A stretch of DNA of 64,000 bases from Heptranchias perlo. Its lineage: Eukaryota. The notes beneath the pieces were generated by a model that saw only the letters and a program-made list of their open reading frames with translations, was not told the DNA's origin and searched no databases. Shown here piece by piece: positions 37,083-49,767 of this stretch; position 1 is the stretch's first letter, and each line of letters opens with the position of its first letter. Location of the stretch: assembly GCF_035084215.1 (NCBI RefSeq), contig NC_090332.1, forward strand, positions 16,244,001 to 16,308,000. Reading direction: 5' to 3'. A program made the translations under genes and the position numbers.

Positions 37083-39396
37083 GCAGGATTTCCACTGGCA
37101 AGAGGAAGGGCACTGCCCCTGTCAACAGAGGAATCATGTCTTAATGGAAAGAAATCGGCAGATTCCTTGAAAGGCATGAACTCTGACCTGATCAGTTTTC
37201 TGACATTCATTACACCTGGGCACAGACCCCAGGAAAATCTCCCCTATAATTGTTACATTGCATAATGCCCCAGAATCCATTCCCACAGTCCATTATAAAA
37301 CCAATGAAGTAAAATAACTGAGAGGTCCTATAATCAGTAGTGATTATAGTTTTTGTTGTGTTATTTTTAATGACGGAGAAAAGCAATGCCGTTTTGATAT
37401 AATCCAGCCAAAGCCAGTTTGATGCTTCGTAGGAATCTGACGGCTCGTACTCTTTCTTTAAGGTCATTTGGAACATACTGACGGACACAGCTACTTCTAA
37501 TGGAGAGATTTAATTGTATTCCTCTTGATGGTGTGAAGTCTTTCACAATGCTGCTGATAAAGCTGTTCCGTGCTCATTCAGTGAGGAGGTCAAGGGAGAT
37601 CTTTGCAATCTCATCACAAAGGTTAAGGGCAAGATGATTTGGTCTCTGATTAATTTGCTGAAAGCCTTAGTTAACTCTAGCATTACACTGACATTTTCAT
37701 CTCAGTTTATGCATTGTTTTTGTGTTTAATAGTTCCTTCCATCTTTGAACCTAAACACTTGTCGGAGTGCCAAATTCCCATCAGACATCAACCACAGCTC
37801 ATCATAAACTGTACTTCCTCCATGACATTTTTTAAGTGTAAATTCAATGGTCGTAGAACTTGCTGAAGATTTGGAACACTTCATTGTTGTTTGATTGAGA
37901 AGTCAATAGATTTCCAGATGTGACCTGTCAATCAGGCTGTGATGTTGTGCCTTGCTTCTATAGAAAAGGCTGAGAAAATTGCAATTGAACGAGTTGAAGC
38001 AGCAGGTGCCCATGAATCTATTTTGAAAATAAGGTAATTGCAAGGGCCCGATCTGACTGCATTTAAAATCATTGCTCGGAGGCATTAATATGATACTGTG
38101 CCACCAATTATCACTGCAGAATTTTCGGAATAAAGAAAGGTGGTGAAATCGAAACACGAGTGCCCAGGGGTAGGAAACCTGTTCGACCCAGCTGTTGCCC
38201 AAATGGTAAGTTCTCAATTTCAGCAATATCATTAGTGGATGGAAGTTGGGGCCAGGAGCTTACTCTGATCATGCAAGGGAAAGAGACTTGGAGCATGAGG
38301 GAAAGCACTTTCATACCGCTTCTGCAGCTAGTTACAGAGCTGGACTGGGAGAGGCCCCAGAGCAGCCCTTCAGTCATACTAACTGATGGATGTTGTGCAA
38401 CACTGGGGGTGGAGAGACAATCTAATGGAGATAAAAGTGTGGGAAAATATCAAATAAAACAAAGGCTATATTTGCAAATGAAATACAAGACATACTTAAT
38501 ACAGCAAATAGGAATTGCTGTTGTTCCACAGTTTGAGGGGGTGGGGAAGAGAATTAACGGAGGACATTTTCCCTTTAAGAATGTCAAATTGTTACAATTC
38601 TTCTTATCAGGTGATTTCTGCTCCATTTCATACAAGGCCTTGTTCTTCTTCTCTCATTATTGGCAACGGCTTTAATTGTTGTCTGCACCTACCCCAATGA
38701 GTTCTTTTTTCACCATTTAGCCATAATTCTTCACTGAGTTCAGCACAGTTTGCAACACACAATCTGGCAATAGTTATGTAAACGCTTTCATGAAAGCCTA
38801 TTGCATTTTGAAAAGTTTTGCTGAAGTTTCACGGTCATCAATACCAATATTCCTGGATCGAGTAGCAGCCGGTCAAAGCCAACTCTTTCACACGCTTTCT
38901 TTCAGTCGACTCATCCGGTAAATCCCAGTTTCTAAAATTTGCATTGGATAATATGGGATCCTTCCCAGAGACTGATACCCATGACATCTTTGCCTGTTGC
39001 TTCCGACATTGGTCAATTTTCAGGCGTGTGAAATGTGCTTCAAATTCAACGGGTGCACTGGATGCCATTGCTTAATTCACTGAACCAATGACAGGTATGT
39101 CCAATTGTAAATCCTCCAGGCTCTTGGATTTTGCTTCTGCCAACAAACGCACTGCTAGCCTCAGGTCAGAAAGACGTTGAGTTTAAAGTGGGAGTTCTCG
39201 GGAGCATTCCTGCAAATAACATACTGGCTGAGCAGTGTTCAGTACTGAATCGGGTGTCCAGGGAGAAGGGGTGAAAGCCATTCTGTACTCGTAAACCCTC
39301 ATCCAGCACAAGTTACAAACCTGCTGAGCATCAGGGTTCTGCAGCTGGACCAGGGCCATCTACCACTTGGTCTGATTGAGTGAATAGAGTGTTGAT

Positions 39397-39985
39397 AGCC
39401 CCAATTTTAACCCTTCCCCGGGAATGCTGTGGGTGAGGAATTAAAATGGTGGGCTGGATGCCACCCGCTATGTTCCCACAGCAATCATGCACCCTGCCAT
39501 TTTAACTCCAGGCTTTTCAGGGACGCCTAAGCCGCCTGCCGGAGTCGATGATGTAATTCGGATCCAGACACTACTTTAACTGTTAAATGTGGGAATTGCG
39601 CACAGTTGCGGAGCTGCCAGCAAAAGCTGGCGATAAACAGGATCAGTGGCTGCTCCTGGCCCCACACAGAAACCTTGGGGTCCCTTCTGCCTTGGGCTTC
39701 CCCCACCACCCAACTATGATCGTCAGAACCCCCATCCCCCACTAACCTTGCTGGGGACCATTTCCTTGCTTCCCTGCTGGCGGCCTACAGTCGTGCAATT
39801 TCCCGCTCCCGCCCTCAGACCTCCACGCCTTCCCCGCCAGCTTCAGACGGGAGTCAGTGTTGCCATATTTTAATGAGGCCCGGGAGTAAATATTGCCTGG
39901 GCCTCACGATGGCGTGTCATGGACACTCTTCCTTCTGCTCCTCTCCCCTCATGCCGCAACCCCGCTTCAGGTTTCAATTGGGGCT
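39397..39985. mobile_element. MITE with 3-bp TSD (PIF/Harbinger-like)
   Basis: TIRs AGCCCCAATTttAACC ... GGTTtcAATTGGGGCT, flanked by GAT on both sides. Confidence 0.75.
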
Positions 39986-42765
39986 GATGTCTTAAATAAA
40001 ATTCAGTTGACAATGTTGTGCTGCTTGTTGCAGCTGGTCACTGATGGTTGATGCAAATGCCTAAGGCTCAGCTAGTTGTCGCTCCAAATAGTACCAAGAG
40101 CAATGCACACGGGAGGAGTTGGCGCCAGGCTTCTTTATTCTCCTACTGACTCCTCTCATGGACTTGCTGAATAACCCTGCCTTAAAGAGTCCTCATTGCA
40201 TATTGCTGGCTTTCTTAAGATGGTCACTGTGACATTAACTCTGGTTGTGTCATTGGCTTACAAGACCTCAGTTGTGATGCTGATCCTGGCACTGGTGTAA
40301 GCCAGTAATGCATCAGTATTGTCTGCAGTAGTTGGTATGGTATTACTGACTGATTAACCTGAAGCCAATGCATTTTACCATGAAATTCAGGAAGCATAGA
40401 CCACATTTTCAGACAAAGAAAAGTTCCTGCAGACACAGACAACTGGACTCCAGCCTTTATGTGGCCCTGACTCAGTTCACATTTCTTTTAATAAAGTCCT
40501 CATGTGGCCTTTCAACCAGAGACCCAGGTGCCAGAACACCCCAGTACTAAGAGGGACTCCAGTTATATATGTAGTCAGTCACTATGATTATAGGGGAGAA
40601 CTTCAGTTTGATTGCACCCATGGCTTTCAGGCCTGATACAAAGGCTCCATAAAATTCCCATGATAATTGAGAAACATCTGTTCACGCAGCTAATTGCAAC
40701 ATTTACAATTGTTTTCCATGAGTAAATAAATTATGGACAGTCTGCACAAGGCAATGCTTCTATCCCAACTGAAAAAGAGTCAAAGCAGTTCAACACTTTT
40801 GGGCAAAAATACTATATTCACGGGGAATATTGCAGATATAAAAGAAAATACTCAAAATACGTAGCAGGTCAGTCAGCAGTGTGGGATTATGTGATCAAAG
40901 AGACAGTACAATGGTGCAAATTTCTTAAAGGAATAGTCTTCTGAGCTGATTCTTTTGCCCGTTGGAATACAGCAATTCCACTTTGATATATGGAGGTTGA
41001 ACTTCTCTCAAAGAATAAGGAAGACGGAATAGGTAATCTAACCTTAGCATTGCTTTTGTATCTGCATTAATAGTGTCTCATTCCACATCGCTACTTTCTT
41101 GTCTGCACACTGATCCATGGAGAGACATTTTCATCATAAATCATCATTATTGCTTTTGTTGACCTGCTTGGACTTGTTCTAAATCAAAAAAATGTGATTG
41201 TCCAACATCTAACCTAAGGCAGTATGGTCTCTACACTGGGACTTAGCCCTTACTGTCATATGTTTTTACCAAGAAGCCTTTTGCTCCAGAAGAATTTATT
41301 ATTCCGATAAGAACACTAACATTTCTCTGAAGTCGACGGTTATGCTTCATGAGGGAGATGGGATAAGTGAGAGATGAAGTACAACACAGTTAGATTGAAC
41401 AGAAATGATTAATAAGCAGCAATCCTTAGTGTAAATTTGAATTTACTGTTACATTACCTTGCCTCAAATAACCAAGGCTCCATTGTATTCAATGGGTGAT
41501 ATTCACTGGAACCTTTTCAGTGATATAAATGTGAATATAAAAATAAGATAATGTTGATTGAATCTGAACTTTACCATTGAAGTCAGTTCTCTAACCATTT
41601 TAATGCAAATTTAATTTTTAGAAAGGATACAGTTATAGTTGATAAGTACAGAACATAGCTCAATTTGCATTTCTAATGCAATATGATAGGTTTGTGTTTC
41701 AGTCAAATGCAAAAATCCGTATTCAGTTTGTTATACAAACAGAACTGGAATTGCAGTCTGAATATAATAATCATTCGCATTGTACTAGATGGAAACCTAT
41801 TTACTGAAGGGTCAGAGTTCAAACCAATGCAATTATTTCCAGACTTTGTATTAAAAACATATTTATTTGATAACTCAAGCTATTATCCCTGAGTTGATCC
41901 ATTGGTTTCGAGACATAATTGCGATTGTAAAGTAAATTGGGGTGAAATTCAACTATGGTGGCAGCACAAAACAGGCGGCAGTGAATCAGCAGCCTGTTTT
42001 GCACCTCGCCTGCTTTCTTTTCCATTGAAGTGCTGTGCCATGCTAAATTTCCTGGTGAGGAGCAGAGCTAGACCCTTGTTATTAGTTGAGTACAATTTCA
42101 GCTCCCACTTTACTTTTTTGGTCCTTGGCTACATTGTTGCTGTAATAACCAGCTGAGAAAACACTCCTTTACTGTTGATGGTGCAGTGATTAATTGACAC
42201 CCCATTACCGTGTAAGCATTAATTGGGCCTGGCCATTTTCAGTCTAGTTTGAAAGTATTGCCTTTCAACTTCCACTTTGTTGAGTTTTACAAAATTGTCC
42301 AAGCTGGTAAATCACACCAGTGTATAAATAACATTTCCATTGATGTGTACAAATCCATTTGAAGCCTCAACAGAGACCAAATATTAAGAGAAGTCTCTCC
42401 CAGAGTGAAATGTGAAATTGAATCTTTGTTTTTTAATATTCTGCAGTACTCAAATTTACAAACAAATGTGTAAACCTGTAGTAGATAATTTATTTATTTT
42501 GTTGGATGCTGCAGTGTATCTCCTTCAATGTCCTCTATCTCTGTGTGTACGTGCATGTCGAACCTTGTCTGTCTTTTATCACTGTGTATATTTTCTCACT
42601 GTATTTCCAATCTTGCTCTTGTATTCCCTACCTAGCTTATTCTTCGCTCCTTCTTACCCCTTAACTTTGTCAGGCACCCAAAAGAAGGCCAACAGGAGGT
42701 ATGTGAGCATGAACCCCCAAGCTACTCATCATTCCACAGACTTGGGGGTCAGCTTCTACGTGTAC

Positions 42766-43655
42766 AGTTAATACTGAGGAGGACAGTGATAAAATACAGG
42801 AAGACATTAATAAAAGTTCAGAATAGTTGTGTAATTGGCAAATGAATTTCAATATAGCTAAGTGTGAGGTGGTACATTTTGGCAGGAAGAATAAGGAGGT
42901 CACATAAACCTTGGAAAATAAGAGTCTAAATGGGGTAGAGGAGCAGAGGGATCTGGGGGTACAGATACACAAATCACTTAACCTGAGTAGCTATTTTTAT
43001 AAGGCCATAAAAAAGCAAACAGAGCACTGGGGTTTATTTCTAGAGGGATAGAATTGAAAAGCAGAGAAGTTATGTTAAATTTGTATAGAACCTTGGTTAG
43101 ATGACACTTGGAGTACTGTGTGAAATTTTGGTCTCCATATTACAAAAAGGATATAGATGCACTGGAGATGGTGCAAAAAAGATTTACTAGGATAATACCA
43201 GAACTGAGAGGTTATATCTATCAGGAAAGATTGAGCAGGCTCTTTTTTCTTTAGAAAAGATAAGACTGAGGGGTGACCTGATAGAGGTATTTAAGATTAT
43301 GAAAGGGTTTGATAGGGTAGACGTAGAGAAGATGTTTCCACTTGTGGGGGAGACCAGAACTAAGGACCATAAATATAAGATAGTCAGTAATAAATCCAAT
43401 AGGGAATTCAGAAGAAACTTCTTTACCCAGAGAGTGGTTAGAATATGGAACTCGCTACCACAAGGAGTAATTGAAGCGACTAGCATAGGTGCATTTAAGG
43501 GGTAGCTAGATAAGCATATGAGGGAGAAAGGAATTGAAGGATGTGTTAATGGGGTTAGATGAAGAAGGATGGGAGGAGGCTCGTGTGGAGCATAAATACC
43601 GGCATGGACCTGTTGTGCAGAATGGTTTGTTTCTGTGCCATACATTCTATATAAT
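42766..43655 (+). mobile_element. CR1 LINE 3' fragment (subfamily B)
   Basis: 'KMFPLVGETRTKDHKYKI...RNFFTQRVVRIWNSLP'; tail 'ttctat'. Confidence 0.93.
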
Positions 43656-43679
43656 TCTACCTCTCCACCACCTCTCTCG

Positions 43680-43772
43680 ATCACTCCACTGACTGCTTGC
43701 CAACATTGACTTTTGGATGAGGCATAATTCCCTCCAGCTAAACATTGAGAAGATTGAAACCATCATTTTTGG
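43680..43772 (+). mobile_element. L2 RT fragment
   Basis: 'WMRHNSLQLNIEKIETIIFG' (L2 'WM..NFLQLN..KTE' motif). Confidence 0.7.
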
Positions 43773-43860
43773 TGACGAAGGGGATAATCTCCGAAAGCTT
43801 GTGATTTTAAAATAAAATTGTTGGACTATAACCTGGTGTTGTAAGATTCCTTACATTTGT
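43773..43860 (+). mobile_element. Single Penelope-type terminal fragment with hammerhead core
   Basis: Nearly identical to 53076-53160. Confidence 0.85.
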
Positions 43861-44330
43861 ATTCTACTGTTCTCTTTTTATGTAGTTCAACATTTGGCTT
43901 TGTTGATTGCTGCTCTGCCTTCCTGGGCATGTTAAGCATTGAGACTACCAAGACTTCTAGATCTCTTTCCACTTCATCCTTTGCTATTTCAACACCATTC
44001 ATGAAGTATGACTGTTTCCCATTTTTCCTTCCTACATGCAGTACTTTACATTTGTCAGCATTAAATTGCATTTGCCATTGTTTGGTCCACTTATGTATTT
44101 TGTTTCGCCCATTCTCTAGTTTCTGAGCTACCTCCTTCAATTCCATTGTCCCACCCAGTTTGGTATCCTTTGCAAATGTAACCAGTTTGCTTTGTGTTTC
44201 AGAATTCAAGTCACTGATGTGAATTAGAAACAGTAGTGGTCCCAACACTAAGCCTTGAGGCACCCACTCTGTACCTCCCCCACATCTTGGCATTATCCTT
44301 CTAACCAGTACCAGTTGTTTCTTACCCATA
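43861..44330 (-). mobile_element. CR1-type RT fragment
   Basis: Minus ORF '[14 protein letters not shown]...FAKDTKLGG...WQMQFNADKCKVLHVG'. Confidence 0.9.
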
Positions 44331-44407
44331 CCCGAGTTTTGCGTTGAACCTCCACGGCCTTTATATGTGTGTACTTGTCCTGTATGTCCAGCATTATTCT
44401 TTTAAAA

Positions 44408-44645
44408 GTATCATAGTATGGTACAGCACAGAAAGAGGCCATTTGGCCCACCATGCCTGTGCCAGCTCTTTGAAAGAGCTATCCAATTAGTCTCACTCCC
44501 CTGTTCGTTCCCCATAGCCCTGTAAAATTTTTCCTTTCAAGTATTTATCCAATTCCCTTTTGAAAGTTCTTATTGAATCTGTTTCCACCACCCTTTCAGG
44601 CAGTGTATTCCAGATCATCATAACTCACGGAGTAAGAAAAAAAAA
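44408..44645 (-). mobile_element. CR1 LINE 3' end (subfamily A)
   Basis: Near-identical to 414-640 and 61418-61660. Confidence 0.9.
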
Positions 44646-44649
44646 GTGT

Positions 44650-44860
44650 TCCATTTTGTCTTCTACTGAAATGTTGAGGAACATCTTTCTCCAATCCAAT
44701 GGTCCCAATTCATCCCTTGTCCCTTTGAAATTAAGTTTTTTAAAGCTATCAACCTGGTTCCTGTTTTTTGTTCTCATTGGGTCCCAGATCATGTTAAACT
44801 TGATCATTCTGTGGTCACCATGACTTCCATTTCTTGTACGTTATCTGGGTCATTTACAAA
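44650..44860 (-). mobile_element. CR1 fragment (end of APE and linker)
   Basis: Minus frame 'DHRMIKFNM...LNFKGTRDELGPLDW'. Confidence 0.55.
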
Positions 44861-46326
44861 AATTTCAGAAGTTGATCTCTGAAGAAGAAATGGGCTTCTT
44901 GGGCCCAATTTTCCTGCTCCTTGAAATTATTTTGTGTTACAAGAAGTAAGTACATATTTACGTCAATTCATTCTACTTTCCAACCTGTGAAGGTTTTTTT
45001 GCTCGAACCAAAAATCTTGAAAAGACAATGAAGAGTAAAATTACTAAATATTTCTCATTCTGCTGTGTTCCAAAGGTTGCCACAGTCCTTTCTTTCCTCC
45101 GCATTGTGTCGCCAGTCATCATTAGGTATTATGTGCCTGTAAAAGCAATTGCTGCCCTTTTAAGTTACAAATTCCCCAGACTATATAGATATGGAGGAAA
45201 GAAAGATTATTTATCTTTTGTGTGTTCAGTCTGTCATCATCCATTCAGATCTGACGCTGTACTCCAGACCATAGTTATTTTCCAATAGCATTTCTGCCTG
45301 AAGTAACGGCCACATTCTGGGTGAAAATATTGTACAATTTGTTTATATACGAAGAAATTGGAAGCCGAAGCTCGGTTTAATCTTTCCATCAACTCTTTCT
45401 CCTTCAGTCTGAAGTTTCATTTTGTGCAATTTACAGATGAGAATCTCTGCCGCCTATTCTCTGTTCCCATCTGTAAGTATATTTGAACTATTGCAGTCAC
45501 TGCCTGCTTATGGACTCTCTTGCACATTGAGTCCGAGATAGCCATTCCTGTTTCTTTAAAGTGCTAGTGGTGGGCTACAATGAGGTTTTTTTTAATGCAC
45601 ATGGGAAAATGGACTATACTTTTTTTTCACCATGAATCTAGGCTGCGTTAAAGTAGATTTTAATTGGTAATCAAACATATTGGTGCGTTGCTATGAAATT
45701 ATTTTATCTGCTACTTTTACCAAAGCCATTAACCCATTTATTTTGTGTTAAAATGGCAGATGGAGGTATTTCACATGAATGTGTTAATGATTTGCTGATA
45801 GAAGCTGATATTGCACTGTGCACTAAGTAGCTGCAGGCCCAAACTATCTTGGGTTGTTTAGTCAAAGTGATGCTTCCTTAATAGGAGTTTATCATATCAC
45901 ATTTCAGCATTAAACGTACTGTGGTCTACCTTAATAATCAGGTTCACAGAAATAGATAGTTTACATCCATTGTTGCAATCGGCTGTTACTTTATTATGCC
46001 AAGAACAATATCTTTCAATCCATTCATCAAATAACATTGTATAGACACACGTCTTCTATGGCATTGCACCGTCGATGTACACTGTAATCCACAACAAGCC
46101 TCTGTCACTTATAATCTGCTGTTTCCTTGTTTATTTATGAAGGTGTTAAAACCATCTATTTTATCCCTGATTCCCTCACACGCAACCTGTAGTTAAGAGG
46201 CAGGTAGACAGGCAACTGCTTCCAAATCTCTCTCCTGCTGCTTTGAGCCAGCCAGTAGGAAACGCATCAGAATGTTGGGGGGAACCACCCTTCCTCCAAT
46301 TCCCCTCAGCTGTGGCAGGGACATTT

Positions 46327-47005
46327 GAGGGGTGAAACTGGACCTTGTTGCGCCCATTTTCCAGGCCAGGCCACAGAGGCCCAATTTAGAGGGCCAACCT
46401 CCAATGCCCAAATAGTGCGGAAACACTCCTCCGCCATATTGGTTTGGGCACTGCAGTGGTGTCCCTGACCGCCAACTAAAACTGGTATTAGGCCCCATGA
46501 TATTGCTAATGAGGGACCTAATGCTTGTTTTAGAACCCATCCCAGAAAGTCATTTGCCCTGAGCAAAGCAGGCATCAGACCTGATGCATCCAGGTTGCAT
46601 ATGGACCAGATAATACAAACCAGTGGTCCTTAAAGGGACCGTGAGAGGCTGCCACCTAAAAGATGAGTTTTTTTTTTAAAAGTAATTACCTGAACGTAGA
46701 TCTAGGAATGGTAGGAGTGCCCCTCCTGGGTCCTTAGCAATATAGTGGGTCGCTGCCAGCCTGCACTCAGCCACCTTCCTGCACTCCTTTCCCCCCCGGG
46801 ACTTACCTTGGGGCACTGACGGCAAGGCAGGCAGCCTGAAATACAAACGGACCAGAGCAGCACGCTGCCTCCAGATGCGAGTGATGTTGGCAGCTCGCCC
46901 GAAATATTAAGGTGAGCACGGAGGACCAAATTTTGGGTGGTTCTTGGGCTGGCCTCTTCTGGCGCGTGCACCCAGTAAACGGGCACAAACCAATTTAACC
47001 CCCTC
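46327..47005. mobile_element. MITE
   Basis: TIRs GAGGGGTGAAACTGG ... CCAATTTAACCCCCTC; GC-rich non-coding interior. Confidence 0.7.
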
Positions 47006-48180
47006 GACCATCACTTGATACATCCTCGCAGCTGCGTGTTAGTGTGTACTGTACCTCAAACCCACTCCAACATACAGCAGTACTGTGCCATGCTACTATG
47101 GCACTCTAACAGCAGTTTAATATTTTTAAGCGCCTATGATTCATTCTTTGATGTTCAGATTCAGTCTTTAAGCTTTTATGCCTAAGGCAGATAGCTACGA
47201 AGTACTAAAATCTATCTTCTGTCAATTCAATTCCAGTGAGTTTGTCGCAGAGGATGTTTTTACTGGGAGATGTGGCAACAAACCATACTTTGGAATATCC
47301 CATGCACCCTGCTATCCATTTTGAGAAGGCGAAACAAAGCCAGTGTAAAATGGAAACAAGGAAAAGTATGGTGAAAAGAATAAATAAAGGAAAACAAAAT
47401 TAAAAAAGCAAAGGAATAAAAGTAAATGATAAGATATTGAATAGAGTCAAATAACACATTATAACTTTTGGTGGCGCGCTTGTTTAGCAAGAATTCTTGA
47501 AGCCGCTGTGACAATAGAAGAATTGGCAATTCTTTCAGGGATTCTGTCTTCCGTCTTTTCACTTGAAAATGCACCTTGTAAATGCTTCCTGGTCTGAGAG
47601 GAACTCATCTGCATTAATTTTCATCAAAAAGCTCAGTTGATGGCAGAATTCTGCACTAAACAGAAGGCAGAAATTGCAGAGAGCACAGAATCAGTGTTGC
47701 AATGCTAGGAACATGGGAATGTACCAGACCTGGAAAGACCATCGCAGTCCATGTGGCTGGTCCCAGTGTCCAGTGAATATCACATCACATGATACCTCTC
47801 CTACCCCTTTTTTCACCAGATACTTATGCAACTCTTCCGTTGATTTATAGAAACGTATGAAAAATGTTGTAGTTCTATCTTCAATTTTCACTCTAGACCT
47901 TTCCACCACGTACATCATCAAATAATTGAATGACCTGCTCCCAATGGTGTTGAGCAAATGACTACTAGGAAGTGCCTGAGGCAACTCTCCCCATAATTTC
48001 TTCTTCCTTCCTTTGGAGAAGTGCCAGGCCCCTCTTCAGCAGCTGCTCTTAATGCCATGGTAGGGATTCTGAACTTAATATGTGGGGAATCATTCGGCAT
48101 GAATATAAGTTCTCCCATTCCACGGCACAGTGAAGTGGGGCTGTACACAGGGCTTATTCCTGCTTATAATTTTTTCAAGT

Positions 48181-48790
48181 TACAGTGAAATCTGTAAATT
48201 ACGGACACCCTAGGGATTAGCATCAGCTGTTAATTTTTGCAGGTGTCCTTATTTTCAAAATGGCCATTGTATGCACTGTAAACATTTTCAGTAGCATAGG
48301 GAGTTCTTTACCCAGCATCCACAGCAGCAGAGAAACCGCTCTATCCCTGGGATAGAGCCATGCAAGCATTCAATCCCAGAGATAGAGTGGTTTCTCTGCC
48401 GCTATGGATGCTGGGTAAAGACCTCCCCATTCCACAAAAGCCATTTCTTTCACAAAACCTGCTGCCGCCTCGCGCTGACCGGCATACGCTGACCTCACGA
48501 GGATTTGGGGGTAGAAAGGAAGCAAGCTGCAAGAGGAAGCACCAGTGATCCCGACTCAGTGAAAGTTCCAGATACTGTAGCTCTGCAACAGGCTGTGTAC
48601 CGTATTTTAAGTTATGAAAAGGCTTGGTGCATTGAAGGCTTGTCTGCAGGCCCTAATTTGTGAGAGTGCGTTATTTCAGAGTGCCTCTCGTGTATTTTAC
48701 CATACAAGTTATTTGGATCTGTCAGTAAGTGTCCGCCTTTTGCAGGTGTCCATTTTTTGGGCGTGCCGTTTATACAAGTTTCGCTATTAT
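48181..48790. mobile_element. Possible decayed pogo/Tigger-like non-autonomous element
   Basis: Left end TA|CAGTGAAATCTGT, right end 'acaagtttcgctatta', internal repeat 'ttttgcaggtgtcc' twice. Confidence 0.35.
48299..48427. repeat. Inverted repeat, 48-bp core arms with 19-nt loop
   Basis: 48306-48353 versus 48373-48420 with 4 mismatches. Confidence 0.9.
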
Positions 48791-49767
48791 AGTCTTCATT
48801 TGTGCATGCGGCTGCTTTCAATAAAGTGGCTGTGATAAAAGCTGAACTCATCCCGCTGCAAAATTCTAAAACCGTGGTTCGGGATTTTTTTTTTTCCTTT
48901 TTGATAACTTTAATTACATATAAGGAAATGTGAATGATTTTTGGAGTGAAAATGGGAAACTCTTTCCTCACGAGACCTGCAACTGAGGGCCGGGGTCAGG
49001 CTGCCTGTGAGAAAGGAGCTCAGAAGGCCCGACGTGGCAGTTAATCATATCGAGGGCAGATGGTGCACTTTGCACTTCCTGGGTACGCGAGACCTGGAAG
49101 GGGTATCGGCTGTTACACTTCAATCTGTGTCAGGATACTCCAGTGCCTCTTCAAAGCTGCCTTGACTGACTGTTCTGTGCATGGACACCTCTTGAGCTGC
49201 GATAAACACACGATCAGTTGGCCATTTCTTTAGTTCACTCTATTTCCAAGTCACTGCAGCAAGAAGCAACCCAGTGAGTGCCAAGGCGAGCGCTTGCATC
49301 AAAGCTCATAAAAAGCTTCAGTATAAAGCCCAAAGAATCTCAAAATGATTTGTTATGTTAGGCTCAGAAAACCAGTTCAATGTACCGGTGAACATTAAGT
49401 ACTATCTTACTAATTTTATCTGCTGATTTAACTTGCTTCAGTGTATCTCTCTTCTTTGGAATTTCTTTCTCCTGAAATATATGGTCTGTCAGGGTGGTGA
49501 TTTTCCACCAATTAGATAGGCCAGGAGCATTCTGTGAACATTCCCTGCTATTTCTGGTATAACCCAGCAGTTAAAGGGTAGATTGATATCCCTGAGGCAC
49601 ACTATAATCCCATTCACTACAGGCATATGGTTAAGTTTTAGTTCATAAGAGAAGCGTACCTGCTTATGGAGGTTGTCCTTTCCGGTGAGCGGGAGTAAAG
49701 AATGCTGGAAGATGACCTGAATTGTAATCGTGGCCCCTCTGCACAATCTGTACTTGAGAACCATATC

